Origin: an uncultured Deinococcales bacterium
GTDB lineage: Bacteria > Deinococcota > Deinococci > Deinococcales > JAAFIG01
Length of the DNA stretch: 15,585 nt
Reading direction: 5' to 3'
NCBI GenBank assembly: GCA_964244895.1
Contig: CAXTKV010000124.1
Span: 1-15,585, forward strand
Shown: positions 8,712 through 15,585 of the stretch, in pieces
How the letters are laid out: each line of letters starts with the position of its first letter
Numbering within the stretch: position 1 is the stretch's first letter
The notes under the pieces: model-generated
What the model was told of the DNA's origin: nothing
The model's database searches: none
Seen by the model: only the letters and a program-made list of their open reading frames with translations
Made by a program: the position numbers and the translations under genes

Positions 8712-10010
8712 TTACCAGCCAGCGCCCTTGATGTCCTTGAGTTGCTTCTCGATGGCAGCCACGGCGGCCTCGCCGGTGGCCTGGCCGGTCAGCACGTCGT
8801 GCACACCGTTCCAGAACGCGGTCGAAACCTGGTTGTACTTCGTGGCCGTAGGCGTCGAGGGGCGCGCCACGGCGTTGGTGAAGACGTTCTTGAGCTTGCC
8901 GAAGAACGGCTGGGCCTTCAACACGTCCGGATCGTCGTACAGATCCTGGATGGTCGGCAGCAAGGAACCCTTGATGGCGCGCTCTTTCTGGACTTCGCGA
9001 CCGGAGAGGTACTTGACGAGGTCGATCGCCTCTTTCTGGTTCTTGGAGAACTTGCTGACCGCCAACTGCCAGCCGCCGAGCGTTCCGGCGTTCTGACCCG
9101 CCGCGCCACCCTTGGGGAGCGGCACGACATCGAACTTGCCCGCGACGATCGGGGCTTTGCCGTCCTTGTCCTTGTTGTTGCCGAGGCTGTAGGCGTAGGG
9201 CCAGTTGCGCATGAACGCGGCGTTACCGGTCTGCCAGACGCCGCGCGCGTCCTCTTCGCCGTAGCCGGTCACGCCCGCCGGGGCGATGGCCTTGATCTGC
9301 TTGCCGAAGAAGTTGAGGGCGGCTGCGGCCTTGGGGTTGTTGATCGTGATCTCGCCCTTGGCGTCCACGATGGTTCCGCCGCCGTAGCTGAAGATCCATT
9401 CCAGCGCGTCGCAGGTCAGGCCTTCGTAGGCGTTGCCCTGGTAGACGAAGCCGAAGAAGTTCTTGTTGGTCTTGCGCTCTCCGGCCTGGATCTTGGCGCC
9501 CATCGCTTGCAGTTCTTCCCAGGTCTTGGGGGCTGCCTTGTAGCCGTACTTCTTGAGCAAATCCGTGCGGTAGTAGAGCAGTCCAGCGTCCGTGAAGAAC
9601 GGGATGCTGGTGAGCTTGCCGCCGAGCGTGTTGTTGTCCACGATGCGCGGGAAGTAGGCCTTCAGTTCGGCGTCGGTGAACGACGGCTTGAGGTCGATCA
9701 TGAAGCCGCCCAGGATGCCGGGGTGGATCACGTCGATCATGTAAACGTCGATGGTGGAGCTGCCCGCCGCCAGGTTCTGCTGGTAGAGCGCCAGGCGTTC
9801 GTTGGTCGGAGGTGGCGTCTCGATGATCTTGACGCTGTTGCCGGTCTTCTTGGCCCAGGCTTGCGCTTCCTGGGTGCAGAGCGGCACGGCGGCGTCGTTC
9901 GCATCGCACGAGAGGGCGATCTCGACCCCGCCCGATTGTGCGCGGGTCAGGGTCAACGCACCGGCGGCGAGACCGGCGGCCAGCAGCGGCAGGACATAGC
10001 GTTTCTTCAT
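8712..10010 (-). CDS. malE: Sugar ABC transporter substrate-binding protein, trehalose/maltose(/sucrose) type (MalE/ThuE-like)
   Basis: Signal peptide MKKRYVLPLLAAGLAAG; motifs DVYMIDVI, FTDAGLLYYRTDLL, QGNAYEGLTCD, FMRNWPYA and LGGWQLAV. ATG at 10010 with SD AGGAGG. Confidence 0.92.
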   Translation of the reverse strand: MKKRYVLPLLAAGLAAGALTLTRAQSGGVEIALSCDANDAAVPLCTQEAQAWAKKTGNSVKIIETPPPTNERLALYQQNLAAGSSTIDVYMIDVIHPGILGGFMIDLKPSFTDAELKAYFPRIVDNNTLGGKLTSIPFFTDAGLLYYRTDLLKKYGYKAAPKTWEELQAMGAKIQAGERKTNKNFFGFVYQGNAYEGLTCDALEWIFSYGGGTIVDAKGEITINNPKAAAALNFFGKQIKAIAPAGVTGYGEEDARGVWQTGNAAFMRNWPYAYSLGNNKDKDGKAPIVAGKFDVVPLPKGGAAGQNAGTLGGWQLAVSKFSKNQKEAIDLVKYLSGREVQKERAIKGSLLPTIQDLYDDPDVLKAQPFFGKLKNVFTNAVARPSTPTATKYNQVSTAFWNGVHDVLTGQATGEAAVAAIEKQLKDIKGAGW

Positions 10011-10056
10011 ACGACCTCCTGGTGATTGGGCGTCCACCTCGAGCATCCAGGATTGA

Positions 10057-10072
10057 ATGGAAGTGCTTCCAT
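10057..10072. promoter_or_regulatory. Putative LacI/GalR-family operator
   Basis: ATGGAAGTGCTTCCAT is one base from the perfect palindrome ATGGAAGCGCTTCCAT, which has the central CG typical of LacI-family sites. It lies between the promoter and the start of the sugar operon. Confidence 0.7.
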
Positions 10073-10134
10073 GACTGGAATGCGAAACTCCATATCCATC
10101 TCCGTGATTCGTTTGGTTGGGCGTGCCGTCCGAA

Positions 10135-10163
10135 AGGCTAGCACACCGTTTTTTCACAGTCAA
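10135..10163 (-). promoter_or_regulatory. Sigma70-type promoter of the sugar ABC operon
   Basis: Minus strand TTGACT (10163-10158), 17 bp, then TAGCCT (10140-10135), with an extended -10 TGTG. Confidence 0.7.
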
Positions 10164-10272
10164 CTTGATAAAGACTGTGTGAAAAGCGTCTCAGACGCAA
10201 GAATTTAGCCTCGAGAAACCTGGCCTCGAACCCCGCGGCTTTCGCGCAGAAGCCCCGAGACCTCGAGACCAG

Positions 10273-10320
10273 AAACACTGTCCAACACGCTTTTCAGGGT
10301 TCACGTGCCGGACGGTGTTT
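10273..10320. repeat. Paired-palindrome intergenic element R6 (short class, 48 bp)
   Basis: AAACACTGTCCAACACGCT...CACGTGCCGGACGGTGTTT, core centres 10284 and 10309 (25 bp). Confidence 0.82.
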
Positions 10321-10324
10321 TTCT

Positions 10325-11212
10325 TCAGAAACCCGCGCTGCCCGAGCAACCCGAACCCGGCACGCGCACACCGGGCGCAGGCGCGTACATCAACCGCGCC
10401 TGACTTCTGCCGACCCGACACGCTGCACTTTGCAACGCGGCACGAATCCTCAAACTGGCGTCTCGCAACCACGCTTGCGCCCTCGGCCCGCCGTGCCGAA
10501 TCAACCACGCCCGAGCCGCGCGATCCTGGCCTGCCAGCAGGGCGTTCGCGTAATACCCGGCCATTGAATCGAGCGCGAACCCAGCCGGATCGAACCGACC
10601 GCTCGCATCGAGCCCGATCTGTGCGCGGTACTCGAGCGCCCGAGAGGCCGCGAACCGCGCGAACCGCCGCGTCGCGTCCGCGTAACGCGAACCGCGAAGC
10701 TCGAGCACCAGGGCCGTCGTCGGGCCGTGCGTCGAACCGTTGACCTGGCTTACTGCGTCGTTCTCGAGCACGGCCTCAAAGCGCCCATCGCGGTTCAGAT
10801 CGCGAAACGGATGGTCGGCGTAGCGTCCCTTTTCAGAATGGTATTCGCGGCCCGCGAAGATCAGGATGTTCCGCACGCCGCGCGCGCGATCAAAGAAAAA
10901 CTCCGTGTAACAACAGTACGCGCCGCGCGTCCAGGCCAGCACGCGCAACTCCGGCACGCCATCGCCGTTCACGTCCTCGAAGACCGCATCCGAATCCACG
11001 ATTCTTGGCGCCCGCACTTCGCGCAGCACGCGCCCTCTGGCATCCCGAATCTGCACCGCGTCCGCCAGCGCCTCGTTGACGTAATGAAAGAACCTGACCG
11101 TGTACGCGCCCCAACGCAACGTTTTTTCCACCGTGCCGTTCTCGTACTGAACGGTTTGTGCTCGAGCCGTCAGCGATACCAACACGAGAACGCAGATCAG
11201 GATCGCACGCAT
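10325..11212 (-). CDS. Hypothetical secreted protein with two FG-GAP/VCBS-like DxNxDG motifs
   Basis: Signal peptide MRAILICVLVLVSLTARA; motifs DVNGDGVPEL and DLNRDGRFEA plus GAYCC. TATGCT lies 6 nt upstream of ATG 11212. Confidence 0.8.
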   Translation of the reverse strand: MRAILICVLVLVSLTARAQTVQYENGTVEKTLRWGAYTVRFFHYVNEALADAVQIRDARGRVLREVRAPRIVDSDAVFEDVNGDGVPELRVLAWTRGAYCCYTEFFFDRARGVRNILIFAGREYHSEKGRYADHPFRDLNRDGRFEAVLENDAVSQVNGSTHGPTTALVLELRGSRYADATRRFARFAASRALEYRAQIGLDASGRFDPAGFALDSMAGYYANALLAGQDRAARAWLIRHGGPRAQAWLRDASLRIRAALQSAACRVGRSQARLMYAPAPGVRVPGSGCSGSAGF

Positions 11213-11233
11213 GATCCAAGCATACCGATCCAG

Positions 11234-11281
11234 AGACACCGTTCCGAACGCAAATCAAAGAATGCGTGCTGGACGGTGTTT
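11234..11281. repeat. Paired-palindrome intergenic element R7 (short class, 48 bp)
   Basis: AGACACCGTTCCGAACGCA-AATCAAAGAA-TGCGTGCTGGACGGTGTTT, core centres 11245 and 11270 (25 bp). Confidence 0.85.
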
Positions 11282-11343
11282 TCGAGAATGATGCTCGAGA
11301 TTAAAGGCCGTTCGTTTGAACATTCCGAACGCCAATACCAAAA

Positions 11344-11700
11344 CTATCGGAGGCGGTCGAAAAATCCTTGACCTGACGTATCCAAAGCATCCTGATCCAA
11401 CCATTTTGCGTAAATCTCAGCGACTTGTTTTGGCGCAACGGAAATATATTCAGGCCAGACATCCCAACGCCTGTGTGGGTACATCAAAAGCATATTGAGC
11501 GCGTTGTTGATCGCCAGTTGCACGTTTTCCTGGTTTTCATCCACGTCCGGCCAGGCGCGCGCGATTTCCTCGAGTTCAGCCTCCCACAACCCAAAAAGCG
11601 TGTGCAGACTTTCGCCCTCGAAAAACGGGCCGTGCAGCGAAGCGCGGATGCACTCGCCGATCACGTCAATTTCTGCGGGCGTCAGGTTCTGGAGCGGCAT
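11344..11700 (-). CDS. Hypothetical acidic protein (118 aa)
   Basis: Protein-like composition from MPLQNL (GPFF, HTLFG, LAINNALN, YPH). The Arg-rich extension to 11802 looks spurious, and TAAAGT lies 5 nt upstream of ATG 11700. Confidence 0.7.
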   Translation of the reverse strand: MPLQNLTPAEIDVIGECIRASLHGPFFEGESLHTLFGLWEAELEEIARAWPDVDENQENVQLAINNALNMLLMYPHRRWDVWPEYISVAPKQVAEIYAKWLDQDALDTSGQGFFDRLR

Positions 11701-11826
11701 GCGCCACTTTAAGCTGTGATGACTCAGCCGTGAGGAAGTGGCACACGACGCTCTTCTCGGGCCGATCCGCCGAGACATCGACCTGCGACGCCGTTTAGAC
11801 ACTCAGCTTGAACCCGAAAACTCGAG

Positions 11827-11874
11827 AAACACCGCCCAGGACGCGAATTTGATAATGCGTCCTGGACGGTGTTT
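11827..11874. repeat. Paired-palindrome intergenic element R8 (short class, 48 bp)
   Basis: AAACACCGCCCAGGACGCG-AATTTGATAA-TGCGTCCTGGACGGTGTTT, core centres 11838 and 11863 (25 bp). Confidence 0.9.
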
Positions 11875-11993
11875 TTGATCATTCAGCCTCGATCACGACG
11901 TGCGCTTCATCCGCGCCGAGCGGTTCAAATCGTGGCTTGAAGATCTCGAATGAGCCGCGCGGAATGAACAGGCTCGAGCCGAGGTTCGGCATC

Positions 11994-14009
11994 TCAATCC
12001 GCCGCGTCTGTGACGACTTCAATCCTGACAGGCGTGTTGTGGAAGGTGCTGCCACCGCCCATGTCCGTCAACCGCTCGCTGGTGAGCGCGTTGATGCCCG
12101 AGCGATCCGGTGCTCGAGCGCCCCACCACGTGCCCTCGACGATGATCGTGCCCACGGATGCGGCCTCGGTGACTCTGGCCTTGCGTACGACGCGCCCCTG
12201 ACGACTCGAGATTGCAACGAGCACACCGTCAGAGACGCGGTTCTCGAGCGCATCCTGCGGGTGGATCATGGCGTGCGGTTCGCCACCTTCCAGGGCAACG
12301 ATCTTCTCGAGTTCGCCGTAAGTCGTGTTCAGGAAGTGGTGCGCGGGCGGCGTCATCAGGCGCAGCGGGTACTCGGGGGTGAGCGCGTCCTTCGGTTCGC
12401 TGTGGACGGGCGGCGGGTCGAGGTGAATCTTGCCATCCTGCGTCACCGGCGATCCGTTGGCGTAGGGCAGGAACGGTCTGGGCAGGTTGAGGCGCACGTA
12501 GCCCTCGCGCTCGAGGCCCTCAAAGCTGATGCCCGCCAGGTGCGGGTGATCCGTCTCGAGCAAGGCCCGAGCCATCTCCTCGGCGCTCCAGAACATCGTT
12601 TCTTCGGTGATGCCCAGACGCTTGGCGAGTTGCGCGAACACCCAGGTGTTCGGACGGGATTCAAAATACGGCTCGCAGGCGGCGCGGTTCCACGACAGGT
12701 AGTGGTGGCCGTAAGCCGTGTACAGATCATCGTGTTCCAGAAAAGTCGTGGCGGGCAGCACGAAATCGGCCAGGTCGGCGGATTCCGTCATGGCGTTCTC
12801 GATCACCACCAAAAGCAAATCATCGCGTTTCATACCCGCAATCACGCGGTTGCTGTCGGGCGCGACCACGGCGGGATTGCAGTTGTAGACGAACATCGCG
12901 CGGATGCCCTGCGCGGGTTCCAGCGCGGTCGCGAGCTGGTTCATATTGACGCGACGCGTCTCGCGTTTGACCAGGTGTTGCGCACCCAAACGCGATCGCT
13001 CGAGTCGGAACGCGCCGCCCGTCGAGATCATCGCGCCGCCGCCCGCGTGCTGCCACTGCCCGGTGATGACGGGCAGCGTGACTGCCGCCCGCAAGCCGTT
13101 CGCGCCGGATTCGTTGCGCGTCATGCCGTACCCCACGCGAATAAACGATGGTGTGGCGCTGGCGTACTCGAGCGCGAGGCGTTCAATCGTCCCGGTTGAA
13201 ATACCAGTCACACTCGACGCGCGTTCGAGATCCCAGGCTCGGGCCGATTCCGCAAACTCCGCGAAACCTCTCGTGGTGCGCTCGATGTACGCGCGGTCGT
13301 GCAGGTTCCTGGCGATGATCACGTTCGCCATGCCCATCGCCAACGCCACGTCCGTGCCGGGACGAATCCGAAGGTGCTCGTCCGCGAACAAGCTGGTGCG
13401 CGACTGGTACGGGTCGATGTGGACGATGCGCGCGCCGTTGTACCTGGCCTGCGTTAAAAAAGGCGTCAAGTGCGAGTTCGTGGCCAGGCTGTTGATGCCC
13501 CACAACAAAACCAGCTTGGCCTTCGGCACGTCCTCCGGGTCAGTCGCGAATCGGGCCGGGCCGTAGGTGGCTTCCCAGCCCGCCGTGCCCGCCGTGGCGC
13601 AGATGGTTTCATCGAGTTCAATCGCGCCCAAAGCCCGAAAGAGCGCGTGCGCGTGCGTTCCCTGGTGTAAGCCCATCGTTCCGGCGTAGTTGTAGCGCAA
13701 AATGGATTCGGGGCCGTGCTGCTCGAGCACGATCTTGAGTTTCGAGGCGATCTCATCCAACGCCTCGTCCCAGGACACGCGCACCCATCTCCCCTCCCCT
13801 TTTCGACCGACGCGTTTGAGGGGATATTTCGGGCGCGTCTCGAGGTAAGCGCGCTCAGGATATCGGTACGTTTTGCTGCACGCGAAACCGCGAGTCACGG
13901 GATGGTTCGGGTCGCCCTCGACTTTGACGGCGCGCCCGTTTTGCACGCTCACGAGCAAGCGGCACGCGTCCGGGCAATCGAGCGGGCAGGTCAGGGAAAC
14001 CTTCGTCAT
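11994..14009 (-). CDS. Molybdopterin (Mo/W-bisPGD) oxidoreductase family protein, cytoplasmic, with N-terminal 4Fe-4S motif
   Basis: CPLDCPDAC...C Fe-S motif, WDEALD, TIC putative metal ligand, GTDVALA, ADFVLPATTFLE and a C-terminal molydop-binding domain. ATG 14009 has TACACT 6 nt upstream, and there is no Tat signal. Confidence 0.93.
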   Translation of the reverse strand: MTKVSLTCPLDCPDACRLLVSVQNGRAVKVEGDPNHPVTRGFACSKTYRYPERAYLETRPKYPLKRVGRKGEGRWVRVSWDEALDEIASKLKIVLEQHGPESILRYNYAGTMGLHQGTHAHALFRALGAIELDETICATAGTAGWEATYGPARFATDPEDVPKAKLVLLWGINSLATNSHLTPFLTQARYNGARIVHIDPYQSRTSLFADEHLRIRPGTDVALAMGMANVIIARNLHDRAYIERTTRGFAEFAESARAWDLERASSVTGISTGTIERLALEYASATPSFIRVGYGMTRNESGANGLRAAVTLPVITGQWQHAGGGAMISTGGAFRLERSRLGAQHLVKRETRRVNMNQLATALEPAQGIRAMFVYNCNPAVVAPDSNRVIAGMKRDDLLLVVIENAMTESADLADFVLPATTFLEHDDLYTAYGHHYLSWNRAACEPYFESRPNTWVFAQLAKRLGITEETMFWSAEEMARALLETDHPHLAGISFEGLEREGYVRLNLPRPFLPYANGSPVTQDGKIHLDPPPVHSEPKDALTPEYPLRLMTPPAHHFLNTTYGELEKIVALEGGEPHAMIHPQDALENRVSDGVLVAISSRQGRVVRKARVTEAASVGTIIVEGTWWGARAPDRSGINALTSERLTDMGGGSTFHNTPVRIEVVTDAAD

Positions 14010-14070
14010 GGCTCGAGTGTAACGCTCGCAACGCATAGACTGAAGGCATGAAAACGCGTCCAGAACATGA

Positions 14071-14118
14071 GAACACCGTCCAGGACGCGTTGTTCAATTC
14101 GCGTACCAGACGGTGTTC
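14071..14118. repeat. Paired-palindrome intergenic element R9 (short class, 48 bp) with an extra partial arm at 14051-14067
   Basis: GAACACCGTCCAGGACGCG-TTGTTCAATT-CGCGTACCAGACGGTGTTC, core centres 14082 and 14107 (25 bp). An additional CGTCCAGAACA core is centred at 14062. Confidence 0.9.
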
Positions 14119-14121
14119 GCT

Positions 14122-15375
14122 GTGAATCTCGAGCCTCGAGAGGTTCTGCTGCGCGCCTTCCACACCGCTGTAGACGCGGCGCAACCGAGCCGCGCGATGC
14201 TGGGTCAGTTACCGGACGCACCCAAAGGTCGCACCCTCGTCGTGGGCGGCGGCAAGGCCGCTGCGGGCATGGCTCGCGCCCTAGAACTGGCCTGGTCGGG
14301 CGAACTCTCGGGCGTGGTCGTCACGCGCTACGGTCACGCCCTCGAGCATCCCGAACGCATCGAAGTACTCGAGGCCAGCCACCCCATACCCGACGAGGCC
14401 AGCCAGCTCGCCGGGAGCCGCATCCTCCAGGCCGTGAGCGGCCTATCGCACGAGGATCTGGTGATCTGTTTGCTTTCCGGCGGCGGTTCAGCCTTGATGG
14501 TCGCGCCCGACGGCCTGAGTCTCCAAGAAAAACAGATCCTGAACCAGCAACTCCTGCACTCGGGGGCTGACATCTTTGATATGAACGCGGTCAGAAAGCA
14601 CCTCTCGAGGCTCAAGGGCGGCCAGCTCGCTTTAAAGGCAATGCCCGCCCGGATCGTCTCGCTCATCGTCTCGGATGTCGTCGGTGATGATCTTTCCGTC
14701 ATCGCGTCCGGTCCGACCGTGCCCGACCCCAGCACTTTTCAGGACGCGATCCATATCCTCGAGAAATACAAAATCCGCGCACCAGCCGCGCTCGAACACT
14801 TCCAGCGCGGCCTCCGAGGCAAAATTCCCGAAACACCGAAACCGGGTCATCCCGCCTTCGCACGCACTGAAAATCGATTGATCGTCACCAACAGAACCTC
14901 GCTCGAGGCCGCCAGGCAGACTTTGGAAGAGGTTGGATTTCAAGCCCGACTGCTTTCGGATCGTGTCACCGGTGAAGCCCGAAAAGCAGCCAGCGAACAC
15001 GCCCGAGAAGCCTTGAGGCTCGCACCCAACCAGGCGCTCCTGTCCGGCGGCGAGACGACTGTAACTGTGCGCGGTTCGGGTCGCGGTGGGCGCAACCTCG
15101 AATTCTTGCTGGCGCTCGCACTCGAATTGTGCGGCACGCAAGGAATTCACGCCATCGCCTGCGATACGGACGGCATCGACGGCTCAGAAAAGGCAGCAGG
15201 CGCAATCCTTACACCCGACACGATCAAGCGCGCCGAACAACTCTGCCTGAACCCGCGATCCATGCTCGAGAACAACGATGCGTACACGTTCTTCTCGATC
15301 CTCGGTGATCTCATCACCACCGGACCGACGGGCACAAACGTCAACGATTTCCGATGCGTGCTGAAGATCGAGTAA
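14122..15375 (+). CDS. ttuD: Glycerate 2-kinase / hydroxypyruvate reductase (TtuD/GckA, DUF4147 + MOFRL)
   Basis: GGGKAA, EASHPIPD, LLSGGGSAL, RKHLSRLKGG, SDVVGDD, IASGPT, SGGETTV, GRGGRN, DTDGIDG and TGPTGTNVND. The start is uncertain (GTG 14113 inside R9 or GTG 14122). Confidence 0.92.
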   Translation: MNLEPREVLLRAFHTAVDAAQPSRAMLGQLPDAPKGRTLVVGGGKAAAGMARALELAWSGELSGVVVTRYGHALEHPERIEVLEASHPIPDEASQLAGSRILQAVSGLSHEDLVICLLSGGGSALMVAPDGLSLQEKQILNQQLLHSGADIFDMNAVRKHLSRLKGGQLALKAMPARIVSLIVSDVVGDDLSVIASGPTVPDPSTFQDAIHILEKYKIRAPAALEHFQRGLRGKIPETPKPGHPAFARTENRLIVTNRTSLEAARQTLEEVGFQARLLSDRVTGEARKAASEHAREALRLAPNQALLSGGETTVTVRGSGRGGRNLEFLLALALELCGTQGIHAIACDTDGIDGSEKAAGAILTPDTIKRAEQLCLNPRSMLENNDAYTFFSILGDLITTGPTGTNVNDFRCVLKIE

Positions 15376-15386
15376 GGGTTGCTCGT

Positions 15387-15424
15387 AACAACAAAAATTC
15401 CACCTTTTCAGGTGGTTCGTTGTT
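15387..15424. terminator. Possible bidirectional intrinsic terminator between glycerate kinase and the 16S trailer
   Basis: CCACC-TTTTCA-GGTGG hairpin (15400-15415) with an outer AACAAC/GTTGTT pairing. T-rich tails follow on both strands (TTCGTTGTT on +, AATTTTTGTTGTT on -). Confidence 0.6.
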
Positions 15425-15535
15425 CAACACAATCACATTCGTGTTGGTTCCTCGAGTTGAGTGCGAGCTGTCCCTTTGCAGGGACTGACTTCACGCTGAC
15501 CCCAATCACTCGGGGTTGCTGAAGTACGTTCTCCT

Positions 15536-15585
<50 letters not shown>

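Noticed and set aside
8742..10025. 427-aa plus-strand ORF
   Set aside because: Antisense shadow of the strongly codon-biased binding-protein gene, with no recognisable motifs.
11720..11826. Protein-like plus-strand frame (HDALLGPIRRDIDLRRRLD) as a gene remnant
   Set aside because: Short, with no convincing start and no recognisable homology.
11906..11968. Imperfect long inverted repeat downstream of the oxidoreductase
   Set aside because: Short, interrupted stems (TTCATCCGCGC/GCGCGGAATGAA) are plausible by chance in GC-rich DNA, and I recognise no ncRNA family.
11937..13199. 420-aa plus-strand ORF
   Set aside because: Antisense shadow of the molybdopterin oxidoreductase.
3345..14118. Elements as integron attC sites
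   Set aside because: The arms begin with AAC and end with GTT, but lack the RYYYAAC/GTTRRRY context, the unpaired central spacer and extrahelical bases. Copies also occur inside an operon and between divergent genes, and no integrase is present.
3345..14118. Elements as a CRISPR array or as simple intrinsic terminators
   Set aside because: Copies are hundreds to thousands of bases apart, the arms are inverted rather than direct, and there are no cas genes. Loops are large and one copy lies between divergent genes.
15425..15530. tRNA in the 16S trailer
   Set aside because: Hairpins are present, but there is no cloverleaf, T-loop GTTCRA or 3' CCA arrangement on either strand.

Overview
This is a GC-rich bacterial chromosomal window, most likely Deinococcota, inferred from the 16S 3' end and from apparently leaderless genes with TANNNT just upstream of ATG. 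In order it carries: a YehYXW-like osmoprotectant ABC transporter (+); three stand-alone minus-strand genes (alpha/beta hydrolase, class A beta-lactamase-like serine hydrolase, SAM methyltransferase); a trehalose/maltose-type sugar ABC operon (-) with a sigma70 promoter and LacI-type operator; two hypothetical genes; a molybdopterin oxidoreductase (-); a glycerate 2-kinase (+); and the 3' tip of a 16S rRNA gene (-) not followed by tRNA or 23S. Two non-genic signals stand out. First, nine intergenic copies of a doubly palindromic element (two CGTCCNGGACG-like cores inside AACACCGTCC...GGACGGTGTT arms) have core spacings of only 25 or 35-36 bp, one helical turn apart. Second, the palindrome CTCGAG occurs about 69 times by hand count, a HIP1-like over-representation.
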